Assembly (NCBI GenBank): GCA_951406725.2
Contig: OX597839.1
Span: 15,934,001 to 15,998,000 of the forward strand
Source: Octopus vulgaris
Taxonomy: Eukaryota
Reading direction: 5' to 3'
Length of the DNA stretch: 64,000 bases
In this document: positions 41,030 through 53,517 of the stretch, in pieces
Layout of the letters: every line of letters begins with the position of its first letter
Numbering within the stretch: the first letter of the stretch is position 1
Program-made: the position numbers and the translations under genes
Notes under the pieces: model-generated
The model's database searches: none
Seen by the model: only the letters and a program-made list of their open reading frames with translations
Told to the model about the DNA's origin: nothing

Positions 41030-41390
41030 CTAGCACTATGGGGCAACGCTGGGTCATAATGCTAGTGCATGCATATACAGCTGCGTGCGTGCGCACATAC
41101 ACGAGAGTACTGTCCAAATCTCCGACCAATCGCATAAAGCTAGCTGGCATTCAATTGGCGTATCAAGTTTCAGGCATTTTGATTGGGTTTTGGATAGAAA
41201 ATTCACAAAAAAGTCACTTCTATTAATTTTTTAATAGCTTTGCGGGGTGACTGGGGAAATGTAAAGATGTGCACGACCACCCTAGGACGGTTTTGAATGA
41301 CCATAGAAAGTGCGAGCCCTCTAACTGAAAAATTGTGGAATTGTATAAAGGACACGCACGTAGACATTTTGCTGTTTATATATAGAGAGA
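41030..41390 (-). mobile_element. Non-autonomous Helitron-type element
   Basis: Minus strand begins TC(TCTCTATATATAAAC) and ends hairpin + CTAG. Sits between A and T with no TSD. Confidence 0.8.
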
Positions 41391-41569
41391 TTAAATGAGA
41401 AAGAGTGATTTACAAAAAATGAAGCGGAGGATGGTCAGCGGCGTTAGATAGCATAAAGATTAAAGTTGTAACTGGAAAAACATTAGCTGACATGAAGGAC
41501 TGAAGGCTCTTTGAATATTCACTGTTGCTCCAGGCTCTGTGAACGCTACAAAGGCTGTAAGGTGTGACA

Positions 41570-41815
41570 TGGACATCATGAAAACCAAGTTCCTCAAACT
41601 GTGAAGGTCTTTGAGTGTGTCTATAGTGTAAAGGTGACATCATGCCGCCCCACTCCTTTAAACGGGATCTTAGGCTCAATTCAGACGGCTATGTGCAGTT
41701 GCTGGAGACTGTGGTTAAACACTGGCTAAAGAGGGTGACTGTTGGAAGGCCATACGTCTGACAGCAGGATTCCACTTCTTGTCATAGGTCTGGAAAGAGT
41801 TAGAAGTTGTTGGGG
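41570..41815 (+). pseudogene. Tc1/mariner (maT/DD37D-like) transposase fragment
   Basis: MKTKFPQTVKVF...GDIMPPHSFKRDLRLNSDGYVQLLETVVKHWLKRVTVGRPYV*QQDSTSCH. Confidence 0.8.
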
Positions 41816-41890
41816 AATTTGTTTTTTAATGGGGTTGCCCACATGGATCCCCGCAAAATAACTATTTTTAAGTGAATATATTATACTACA

Positions 41891-42231
41891 CTAGCACTAT
41901 GACCCGGCAATGCCAGGTAATAGTGCTAGTGCATGCATGCACACATACACGCGAATACTGTCCAAATCTCCGACCAATCACATACAGCTAGCTGGGATTC
42001 AATTGGCATATCAAGTTTCGGGCATTTTGATTGAAAATTCACAAAAAAGTCATTTCTATTGATTTTTTAATGGCTTTGCGGGGTGACTGGGAAAATTGTA
42101 AAGATGTGCACAACCACCCTTGGACGGTTTTGAATGACCATAGAAAGTGCGAGCCCTCTAACTGAAGAATTGTGGATTTGTATCAAGGACACACACACTG
42201 ACAGACATTTCGCCGTTTATATATAGAGAGA
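41891..42231 (-). mobile_element. Non-autonomous Helitron-type element (same family as 41030)
   Basis: TC...CTAG termini, A|T site, colinear with 41030-41390. Confidence 0.8.
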
Positions 42232-43822
42232 TATGTGACCCCGCCACAGAATAGAAGGGCAGTGGATAAACATAGTATATTATATGAACTTGGAAATTAA
42301 GAATTAGACAAGAAGGAAGCTTGTTACAGTGGAGGGGGGGACTTGTGTAGCTATGCCTAGATAACAAATAGACCCTTCAGATTATGCCCTGCTGACTTTT
42401 AAAAAAAATAAAGAAAAAGAAAAAAATTACATTCAATAACGTAATCTAAGAACCAACAATGAAGCTTCAAGTGGATGTTTGAACTACCAAAAATAGCAGC
42501 CAAATCTCCCTCAAATTACACTTTTGTATTAAAAATAATTAATGATAGGTTGGGTAATATAGTCTTAGATTATACTAAGTCTTAGAAATATAGAAAAAAA
42601 AGAAGATGGAACGATCATGGCTGGATTTTCTTTGTTCTTAGAGCTGCTCAAACAGGGTGGTAGTGATTATTGATTTACTGGTTTCAGTCATTTGACTGCG
42701 GCCATGCTGGAGCACCGCCTTTAGTTGAGCAAATCAACCCCAGGACTTATTCTTTGTAAGCCTAGTACCTATTCTTTCAGTCTCTTTTTTTCCAAACCGC
42801 TAAGTTACGGGGATGTAAACACACACCACTGGTTGTCAAGCAATGTTGTGGGGACAAATACAGACACACAAATATATACACACATATACATATATATATT
42901 AGAAGGTTTGGAGATGATGTACAGGTATTATATATGAGAAGAAATGATGTACTCAGAAATCCGGATTGAATTTGAAGACTCCACTAGAATGGATGAAAGC
43001 ACTAATATATGATATATGATGTATAAAAACATGTAACATACTCATAAATATATGTGAATATAAAACCATCCAGATTTCTGAGTACCTCATTTCTTCTAAT
43101 ATATATATATATTTATATATATATACATATATACAATGGGCTTCTTTCAGTTTCTGTCTACCAAATCCCACTCACAAGGCTTTGGTTGGCCCAAGACTAC
43201 AGTAGAAGACACTTGCCCAAAGTGCCACACAGTGGGAATGAACCCGGAACCATGTGGTTGGTAAGCAAGCTACTTACCACACAGCCACTCATGCACCTAC
43301 AGACCACTCCTGCGCCTACTATATACTATATACTATATGAGCACAGAGGTTCTGGGCCCAGATAACGCGGCCAAAACATTACAGTTTCCATTATCTGGCC
43401 ATCATCACCGGCTTTCGTTCCACTCCCATCTCTTCTAGGGCTGAGGCATTCATTCTACTGTGCTCTTCCAGCAACACCAACAGTCGTCCCTTATAACAAC
43501 CATCACTTCAGGACTGATTGGAAAATACCTTCAACTAGAAAGACAACAACTAGTTTTCTCTGTTGATAAAAAAATAAAAGAATGTGTATATTTATTTTGT
43601 GTGTTGTACGTGTCTGTGTAATACAGGTGTTTAGGATCAATCCTAGCTGTTTCCTCTTGAAGAACATCTGCTTATTCTATTGTTGCAAATCAATATGTAT
43701 TCTTTGTTATTGTTGCATGTAAATCAAAACATTAAAATTGAGGATTATGGAAATATCATTTGCAGTGTCGGTGAATAAACAAAACAGGAAAATGGAAATT
43801 TCTTGGTAATATTTATTCTCTA

Positions 43823-44188
43823 CTAGCAGTATTACCCGGCATTGCTCGGGTTTGTTTTGACCCTATAGATTTGGAATTTTTGAAAAGTAAAAAATTTGCA
43901 TTATGTAGCTTTTTTTCTGTTTGAAATACACCGAAAAATGACGACACAGCAGTCAAAAAATCATAAAAAATAGGGATTTTCTTAGGAAAAAAGCACCTTT
44001 TTGATGTAAATAATTTTTGGTCTTAACATGGTCCGATTTGAATTTTATCTACTACAGAATGAAGAACAAGCCTTCTTCTATCATACTTTCAATTTTGGTC
44101 AACTTGTGCTGCAGGGTCTTGGAGATAGTGTTAGTTGAAGGCTACCAAGCCTGCCACACACAGACAACTTCAGCTTTATATATATAGA
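43823..44188 (-). mobile_element. Non-autonomous Helitron-type element, second family
   Basis: TC(TATATATATAAAGC)...ACCCGAGCAATGCCGGGT hairpin...CTAG. Inserted at A|T inside one arm of a fold-back. Confidence 0.8.
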
Positions 44189-44991
44189 TGATTACAAGTG
44201 TTTTATTTTTCAATAGGAATCACAAAGATTTACATGTTCGATAGACATGTAAGGAATTTCCTATTAGAGAAATCATCAGACGGAGAAAGAGAATATTTTT
44301 TAATAATATAATGATACAATATTATTTAATAGTATAATGATATAATATTATTATAGTATTAGGAAAAATTTCTCTTTTTGGCAATTTCTCTCATAAGAAA
44401 CTCCTTATATGTCTATCTAACTTGTAAATCTTTGTGATCCCTGTTAGAAAATGAAACATGTGTAATGGTGAATAAATAATACCTAACAATTTCCATTTTT
44501 CCTTTTTTGATTATTCAACAACTCTGCAAATAATGTTTACATATATATATATGTATGTATGTGTGTGTGTATATATATATATACAGTTAATCCAAACATG
44601 AAAATACAAAGAGAAAACACAACAACGCGAGGACGTGGAACAAGTATAGTGTTATTGGACGCTCAGAAAAGGAAAGAAAGGAGGGTTTAACGTTTCAAGC
44701 AGAGCTCTTCATCAGAAACATAGGAAAAGGAAAGATCCAAGGAAGGGAAGATAGAGGGAAAAAAAAATCGCCAACGGTACACATGCAGTCACACACACAC
44801 ACACACATATATATATGTGTGTGTGTGTGTATAAATGGACTGCTGAAGTCTACACGTTTTTTTCATTCCCTTTCTATTTATTTCCTCTTACTTCTTTCTG
44901 TCGAAGAAGCGTAGGCTCCATTTTCCCCAAGTGTCAAACTAATACACTTGCTTGTTGTTCCTACACCTGTCTTTTGTTTTTCTATAAATTT

Positions 44992-45098
<107 letters not shown>

Positions 45099-45149
45099 CT
45101 ATATATATATATATAAACTATATATATATATAAACTATATATATATATA

Positions 45150-45199
<50 letters not shown>

Positions 45200-45346
45200 T
45201 ATCGCCATACTAATATGGCATTCTTATAAAAATAAGAAAAAAGCTGTCCGCTTATTAGCTCCATGAGGCCATCGCCTTAAGTTAGCTATTTGATACACAA
45301 ACTGTATCCATATAACCTTCGAACAAGGGAGATCAGTCGCTCCACA

Positions 45347-45417
45347 CTACTTGACCGGCAGCTACAGACGCGTTTCGGGGTATTGCCCCTTTTCAATGCA
45401 GCGTAGCCAGCCAGTAG
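45347..45417 (-). ncRNA. Type I hammerhead ribozyme, copy 1
   Basis: Minus RNA: GCUGCA-UUGAAAA-GGGG-CAAUA-CCCC-GAAA-CGCG-UC^UGUAGC, with extended stem I UGGCUGGC/GCCGGUCA and CUAC/GUAG. Predicted cut between 45367 and 45366. Confidence 0.8.
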
Positions 45418-45708
45418 GTGTCGCTTCTGGCAATCTCTGTTCGATGGTTTTATTTACCTAGTTTCGGTGGAATACATCCACTTGTTTTCAATAATAGAAA
45501 TATTAAAATTACTAAGTCTCTCTAAAAGAGAACAGCAGCAGCGTTCCCGGAAAATAATAGTTATCGCCATACTAATATGGCATTCTTATAAAAATAAGAA
45601 AAAAGCTGTCCGCTTATTAGCTCCATGAGGCCATCGCCTTAAGTTAGCTATTTGATACACAAACTGTATCCATATAACCTTCGAACAAGGGAGGTCAGTC
45701 GCTCCACA

Positions 45709-45779
45709 CTACTTGACCGGCAGCTACAGACGCGTTTCGGGGTATTGCCCCTTTTCAATGCAGCGTAGCCAGCCAGTAG
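45709..45779 (-). ncRNA. Type I hammerhead ribozyme, copy 2
   Basis: Identical to copy 1. Predicted cut between 45729 and 45728. Confidence 0.8.
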
Positions 45780-46362
45780 GTGTCGCTTCTGACAATCTCT
45801 GTTCGATGGTTTTATTTACCTAGTTTCGGTGGAATACATCCACTTGTTTTCAATAATAGAAATATTAAAATTACTAAGTCTCTCTAAAAGAGAACAGCGG
45901 CAGCGTTCCCGGAAAATAATAGTTATCGCCATACTAATATGGCATTCTTATAAAAATAAGAACAAAGCTGTCCGCTTATTAGCTCCATGAGGCCATCGCC
46001 TTAAGTTAGCTATTTGATACACAAACTGTATCCATATAACCTTCGAACATTAGAATCCTTATTGGATAAAAAGAAAAATTGTTTTCCCCAAATAACAGAC
46101 TTAAAAAATGAATTTGCTTCATACAATTCAGGAAGTTATTTTTATTCGCGAAATGTAAAATAAGTGAAAAATAAACTTCCTAGTAATACACTTATTCCAC
46201 AGTTTACACCGATTTCAACAACATACGGGTGATAAATCATTTAACAAGTTGGTAAGCAGGGATGAGCAAAATGATTATGTAACATCTATATATATATACA
46301 TATATATATCGACATATCTACGTATTTATCTATCTATCCATCACTCTGTCTCTTTATATACA

Positions 46363-46399
<37 letters not shown>

Positions 46400-47391
46400 A
46401 ATATTTGTGTCTGTATAAAGCAGCGAATGTATACAAAAACAAGGACGGAAAAAACAAACAATGTTACACAAATATAAATACAATAAAAATGTCCCTCTGC
46501 TTCTACTGCTCTCTCTTCTCTTCCCACGAGACCGTTCGGCCAAGCCTGCTCTTTCTTTCTGGGTCTGACCGTGGTCCGTGTAACATCGATATTCTTCCCT
46601 GTGCTTGTGAAACATTTATATCTCTGCCGTAAGGCTTCATTTTCACACGTGCCAGCTTAATTCAATTCATCCTTAGTCGAAAGACACCTGTTGTTATGTC
46701 CTGTTATTATTTTTATTGTATTTATATTCGTGTAACATTGTCCATTTTTTTGTTTCTTGTTTTTGCATACATTCGCTGCTTTCTTCCAAGGAATCTAATG
46801 CTCTTAGCTTTGTTTTTCCTTGGCGCTGGCCAGATTAGAGCAATCTCAAGAATAATCAGCCAAAATTGCGAGGATAATCTGGTGTTTGACTGAGGAAAGA
46901 AAACTTCGAATGACCCGTCCTTGTTTTCTTTGTATCGTCTATCTGGATGTTTTGCGTTCTTGTCCCATTTTGTATTTTATATACACGTAAAAAGCACCCA
47001 CTACACTCACGGAGTGGTTGGCGTTAGGAAGGGCATCCAGCTGTAGAAACATTGCCAGAAAAGACTGGAGCCTGGTGCAGCCTTCTGGCTTCCCAGATCC
47101 CCGGTCGAACTGTCCAACCCATGCTAGCATGGAGAACGGACATTAAACGATGATGATGATGATGATATATAAAGTTAATCCAAATATGAAAACACAAAGA
47201 GAAAACACAACAACGCGAGGACATGGAACAAGTATAGTGTTATTTGACATTCAGGAAAGGAAAGAAAGAAAGAGGATTTAATGTTTCGAATGGAGCTCTT
47301 CATCAGAAACAGGAAAAGGAAAGATCCAAGGAAGGGAAGACGGAGGAAAAAAATCACCAAATATATATAGTGGCGTACATACATTTTGGTC

Positions 47392-47427
<36 letters not shown>

Positions 47428-48732
47428 ATTATTATTAATTATCTTAAGTGAGAGTGACCCAAGAGCAGGGTATTTCGGCACTTGAGTCACTCTGTAACCT
47501 CTGCCAATTATTTATTAAAAAAAACTCCCTGTATATATATATACATGTATGTGTGTCTGTGTCTGTGTATATATTAGTGTGTGTGTTTGCAGCTGTGTCT
47601 GTATGCATACATGCATGTGTACATACATACACATACAGAGGCACAAGCAGTAATATGTTTGCACTTAGTTTATGAATCCCCAAAAATGAAAGACAAAGTT
47701 GACCTTGGCGGAATTTGAACTAACACTGCAGTGCATCATTCCATTATATACAACAATGTAACAACTCTACCAGTCAACCAATAAAAAATATATCCACACT
47801 GCTCTGACCAGAGGGTTGCTAAAACTTTCTTTCAGCTTCGTCTTTCAACAACTATAGATTGACTTCTCTGTCCTTCGTAAGCCGATTTTTTCACATGCGT
47901 TCTAACTAATTTTTCCACCGTCCAGGCAAAAAAAGCCCTTATTGTCTGTTTCCTGTCCTGTCTCTTTATTGTACTGTTTTTTCTTCATTTGTATTGCTTT
48001 TACGTCCTGTTTTTTTATTTAATTCCTTTTGCAGGAAGGACTTCTTCGACTGTGTTCTGTCCTTACCTTCAAAACACACTTTGAGTCGAACCAGGGACAG
48101 CTGATGAAGGGGAATTTTCCTTGTATTGTTTGTCCTGTACTCTGTTTTTTTGTTGTTTAAAAAATAGTCTGTTTCCTTGTTTGATTTTATGTTCTCGTCT
48201 CTCGTTGTGTTCTACATTTATGTGTGGTGTCCTGTACTCATATATATATATATGTATGCATGTATATATACATGTAGATGTAAGTATGTACATATATGTA
48301 TGTATATATGCATATATTTTATCTATTTATTATATTACTATATGACCGAACGCACGCGTTATTTCTCTATTTCTCTTCTCCAAGTTTTTATTTATATATA
48401 TATATCTAACGTAGTAATTTATATGTGTGTGTGTGTGTGCATGTGTGTGTGTATGTATGTGTATATATATATATGCATTTGAAGACTAAGGCTCATCATT
48501 TAAGCATGCCTAATTAGGCACATGACTTGAAGGTCTTTTGTAATTCAATCAATCTTGCTTACTAATGCATTTCTCAGCAGGTTAAAATGGGGGCAGGGAT
48601 GGTAGATGAATTGATATTTCTAAGCAGGCAGCAATGGGCCTGGCTTTCTGCATTTTCAGTGTGTGAGGGTTTCGTGTATTGTTGTGTTAGAGTATTACTT
48701 ACAGGTGAATTGATCTTGTTACCCAGTCATAA

Positions 48733-48793
<61 letters not shown>

Positions 48794-49874
48794 GTATATA
48801 TATAATATATATCTCTGTTTTTCTCCATCAGAGTACAATGGCACCTTAGAAAGCATATATGTGTTTGTATGCGCATGTGTGTGTGTGTGTATGTGTGTAT
48901 GTATATATATATTATTCAATGATAAATATCCCTATAAGAGGTTGGAATATCCTCATTGTGACGACACACATACACACACACAAGTGCAGGTTTGGCTGTA
49001 TGTGGTAAGAAGCTTGCTTCCCAACCACATGGTTCTGGGTTCAATCCAGAACCATGTGGTTGGGACCTTAGGCAAGTGTTTTCTATTATAGTCTCAGACC
49101 AACCAAAGCCTTGTGAGTAGATTTGGTAGATGGAAACTGAAAGAAGCCTGTCATATATATAAATATGTGCATGTATGTGTGTGCCTTTATTTGTCCCCTA
49201 CCACAGCTTGACAACTGGTGTTGGCGTGTTTATATCCCTGTAAAAATAGCAGTTGAGCAGAAGGAGATCAATAGAATAAGCAAGTAACAGGCTTTAAAAA
49301 AAAAGAACTAGGGTGAAATCTTGCAACTAAAAATTCTTCAAGGCAGTGCCCCACCATGGCCAGAGTCTAATGACTGAAACAAGTAAAAAATAAGATGTGT
49401 ATATATATATATATATATATAAAGAGAAAGTGGACACTTAATATGCTAAACATAGATGTCACATTGCCATTACCACAAAGAGTGTGTTCTCAAGAAAAAT
49501 CTCAGCAAAACGACAAAATGTAAAAATGAGCAAAACAAATGAAAATATACGAAATAAAAAACGATTACCTTCATACCATGGTTTCACTTGTTAATATCTA
49601 CGTATGCAAACATGCAGAAATCCTCACTTTGGCGCGCTGAGTGATTTCCGGCCTTAGCATGCCAAAATGAAGTCATTTGAAAAATACACCCAAATATAAT
49701 TTGTAGAACTTAATACATACTTGATTTCAGTTGAGCGTTCTGTATCTAGTTCTGTAAATTGTGTTTTGTAAGCGACAGACTACGCTTGTGATTTTGTATG
49801 CGTTGATATTAACAAGTGAAACCATGGTACGAAGGTAATCGTTTTTTATTTCAAGGTATGTATGTATATGGGTG

Positions 49875-49918
<44 letters not shown>

Positions 49919-50033
49919 GGAGTAAACACATAAATGTGAAACAAGGTGGAAAAAAGAGTCCATTTCTTTTTAAAGGTGTAGCGTTTGTAAGAGTCTAGAT
50001 TGAATTGATATATCAGTTCCATTCTAGCAAAAA

Positions 50034-50071
50034 CTGTCTGATGAACGGCAACGAGAAACTCAGAGTAACAG
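50034..50071 (+). ncRNA. Minimal type I hammerhead-like motif
   Basis: CUGU-CUGAUGA-a-CG-GCAA-CG-a-GAAA-CUCAGAG-UA^ACAG. Intact core, stem I CUGU/ACAG, weak stem II. Confidence 0.6.
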
Positions 50072-50103
50072 ATTTTGTTGAATTTTCTGCTGCTTAAAAT
50101 AAA

Positions 50104-50142
<39 letters not shown>

Positions 50143-51225
50143 AAATAATATGTTACATTTACTCAATAGTCAAGATAAAACTCTGAGTTTCAGATGCCGA
50201 ACTGGAAATCCACAACACTATCTTTTCGGTTATCTGGCCATCTGAAAAACACTATGAAAAAATACCGTTATATAAAGGGAAATTACTGTGTTATAATTCT
50301 GCTACTCATATAAAATAAGATTAAAATTTCATAGTAAACACGTAAACATGGCTAGTCATATGCTCACATGTGCACTCGCGGACCCACGTGCGTACTTATA
50401 TGTCACTATGAAAACGTACACATCTTCACTAGCACTTTTCGCCAAATATATACACATATATATACAAACTCATACACACACACATGCGTACCGTAAAAGT
50501 TCATACATACGTCTATATACGCACAAGCACAAGAAAAACCATGGTTAAAGGTAACAGAAAAAAACATAAGGAAGTATACAAAGCATAAAAACCACGTTCA
50601 TATACGGACATGTCCCTAGGCACTCATACACACACACGCCCATATATGTACATACCCGCACATGTTTATATACGCATACACACACACGCATATACAAAAA
50701 ATGAATATACATATGCCCCCCCCCCCCTAAAAAACCTAAAAAAATGGAAAAATACTAAGTAAAAACGTCTATATATACATATGCATTCTTATGCCTGCAC
50801 ACATGCACACATCTAAAACTGCCCACTCATACATATTCACACACGTGTACAAATGAATCTATATACACGTCTATATAGGCACAGGAAAAAATGCAGGATA
50901 GAAAAGTACAGAAAAAATTATTATGTGTGAAAATATAAAAATATATGAAATAATAAAAGGTATAATGAGATAAAAAAACTTTTTGGGACATAATATAGAA
51001 GGCAAGTTCTATGTGTTTTCTTTAGGGGACCAAAAACGTAACAAAAATTTTGTCACAAGTGGGCATGATCCGAAAAAGTTCTGTCCTTGAGTTTAGACAT
51101 GTAGTAGGGTCTAAGCTGCTTTTCCAGATAAGCCATCTCTCCATGTCGCATAGACCGCACCTTCACGTGCCGTTGGTGTAGGGCTTATATATATATGTGT
51201 GTGTGTGTATGTGTATATATATATA

Positions 51226-51277
<52 letters not shown>

Positions 51278-52279
51278 CATATATATACATACACACACAT
51301 GATGGGGTTTCTTTCAGTTTCAGTTTAGCAGATCTCAGGGCTATAGTAGAATACATTTTCCCAAGGTGCCCTGTAGTGTGGAATTGAACATCATCATCAT
51401 CTTTTAATGTCCATTGTCCATGCTGGCATGGTTTGGACCCAGAAGCAAACGTCTTCCCACACAGCCACACACATGTGCATGTGTGTGTGTGTATATGTAT
51501 ATTTATATATATGTGTGTCTGCGTGTGTATATATATATATATTCTTTTATTGTTTTACTTGTTTTAGTCATTTGACTGCAGCCATGCTGGAGCACTGCCT
51601 TTTAGTCAAAGAAATCGAGGGAGAGAGAGAGAGAGAGAGAGATCATAGATAATTAACTTCTCTAATTAAAGAAGATTCTATAATTAGATTTGTTTATCTT
51701 TCTTTTTTAATTACCCCTAAAGAAATAGCTACATCTAATTAAATTTCCCGAAACGTTCTACACATGTCAAACTCACCCCCTTCACCACCACCACCACCAC
51801 CATGACCCTTATCTTTGAAATCTTCAGTTCTATTCTTAAATTCTAAAACATATATTGTATGCATACAAGCATACGTACCCCACCCCCAACGCACACAAAC
51901 ATACACACACATGTTTGCCAACATACTTTCACTTTCTAATGACCTTGACCTTAAATTTTGCAGTTATCTGTCACCTTTTGACCTCGTTGCCAATTATACG
52001 TCAATTTTCTCTCCTATTATTCCTTTTTCATTCATTAAAATTCCATTTAGGGAACAGCCCTACCGCATACACATACATATGCTCACAAAGATGCTGACTG
52101 TGCCTTTACAGAATTATTTCAAACCTGATTTCTGAAAGAAAGGAAAAGGGAATATAATTATTTAGAATTTGCTTCCAATTCATCAACACTTGCCTCATCA
52201 TTAAATACATAAAAGCACAGACACGCACACACACACACTCATACACAAACATAACCACTTACAAATATGCCTCCAAGCA

Positions 52280-52310
<31 letters not shown>

Positions 52311-52932
52311 TCAAACACAATCACTCACACACACAATCATTCAAACACACACACACACACTCATTCACATGCACAATCACTAACACACTCACTCATACAC
52401 ACACACAAACGCACTCACACAATCAATCACATGCAATCACTCATAGACTCACTCAAACATACACTTACACATAAAACCAAGCATGTGCATGTGTATGCAC
52501 ACACACACACATGTACATACACACATGCACATACACACACCTAAACACACACAATGAAAAACACTAAAGATTCCCAACACTTATTAGATAAACCAAATAA
52601 AACAAACAAAAACCAAAAAAGATAAATATATATATCCCCACCCATCTATTATTCTATTATGAAAGCCTCTTACACAACCTACTCCATGCCCACCCCACCT
52701 CCACACCGTCCTTGAACATCTCCAGCTTCTCAAAGTTTTACAAACGGGAAGATTCCCAGTTGGGATGAAAATCATTGATCACTGTGGCACATTGAATCAT
52801 CCAATCACCTCACTAATATTCTTACTCTACAATTATCCTGTATTGAGTTCTCTTTATTTCAGAGGTAGTCATACCAAGTGTGACTTAACCAAATGTTACA
52901 CATCTCTTTCTCATGCATGTATTTTCTTTCTT

Positions 52933-52980
<48 letters not shown>

Positions 52981-53208
52981 AATATACTCTTTTTACTCTT
53001 TTACTTGTTTCAGTCATTTGATTGCGGCCATGCTGGAGCACCGCCTTTAGTCGAGCAAATCAACCCCAGGACTTATTCTTTGTAAGCCTAGTACTTATTC
53101 TATCAGTCACTTTTGCCGAACCGCTAAGTTACAGAGACGTAAATACACCAGCATCAGTTGTGAAGCGATGTTGGGGGAACAAACACAGACACAAACATAC
53201 ACACACAT

Positions 53209-53241
<33 letters not shown>

Positions 53242-53477
53242 CAACGGGCTTCTTTCAATTTGCGTCTACCAAATCCACTCACAAGGCTTTGGTCGGCCTG
53301 AGGCTATAGTAGAAGACACTTGCCCAAGGCTCCATGCAATGGGACTGTACCCGGAACCATGTGATTTGTAAGCAAGCTATTTATCACACAGCCACTCCTG
53401 CACTTATATATATATATACATACATACATACATACATATATATATATATATACATACATACATATATATATATTTAT

Positions 53478-53517
<40 letters not shown>

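Larger units (their letters stand above)
45189..46049 (-). repeat. 362-bp tandem repeat (2.4 units) carrying hammerhead ribozymes; retrozyme/Penelope pLTR-like
   Basis: Units start at 45189, 45551 and 45913. Only ~4 substitutions seen among the units. Abuts a ~190-bp (TA)n tract. Confidence 0.9.

Noticed and set aside
45515-45580. Minus-strand ISMAI...GNAAAVL resembling a CRE/RLE endonuclease C-terminus within the 362-bp unit
   Set aside because: Needs a frameshift and extra residues, and is too short to distinguish from chance.
46005-46165. Plus-strand YNLRTLESLL resembling a GIY-YIG C-terminus next to the ribozyme array
   Set aside because: Short, spans the repeat boundary, and lies on the strand opposite the ribozyme. 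Needs TBLASTN/HMM support.
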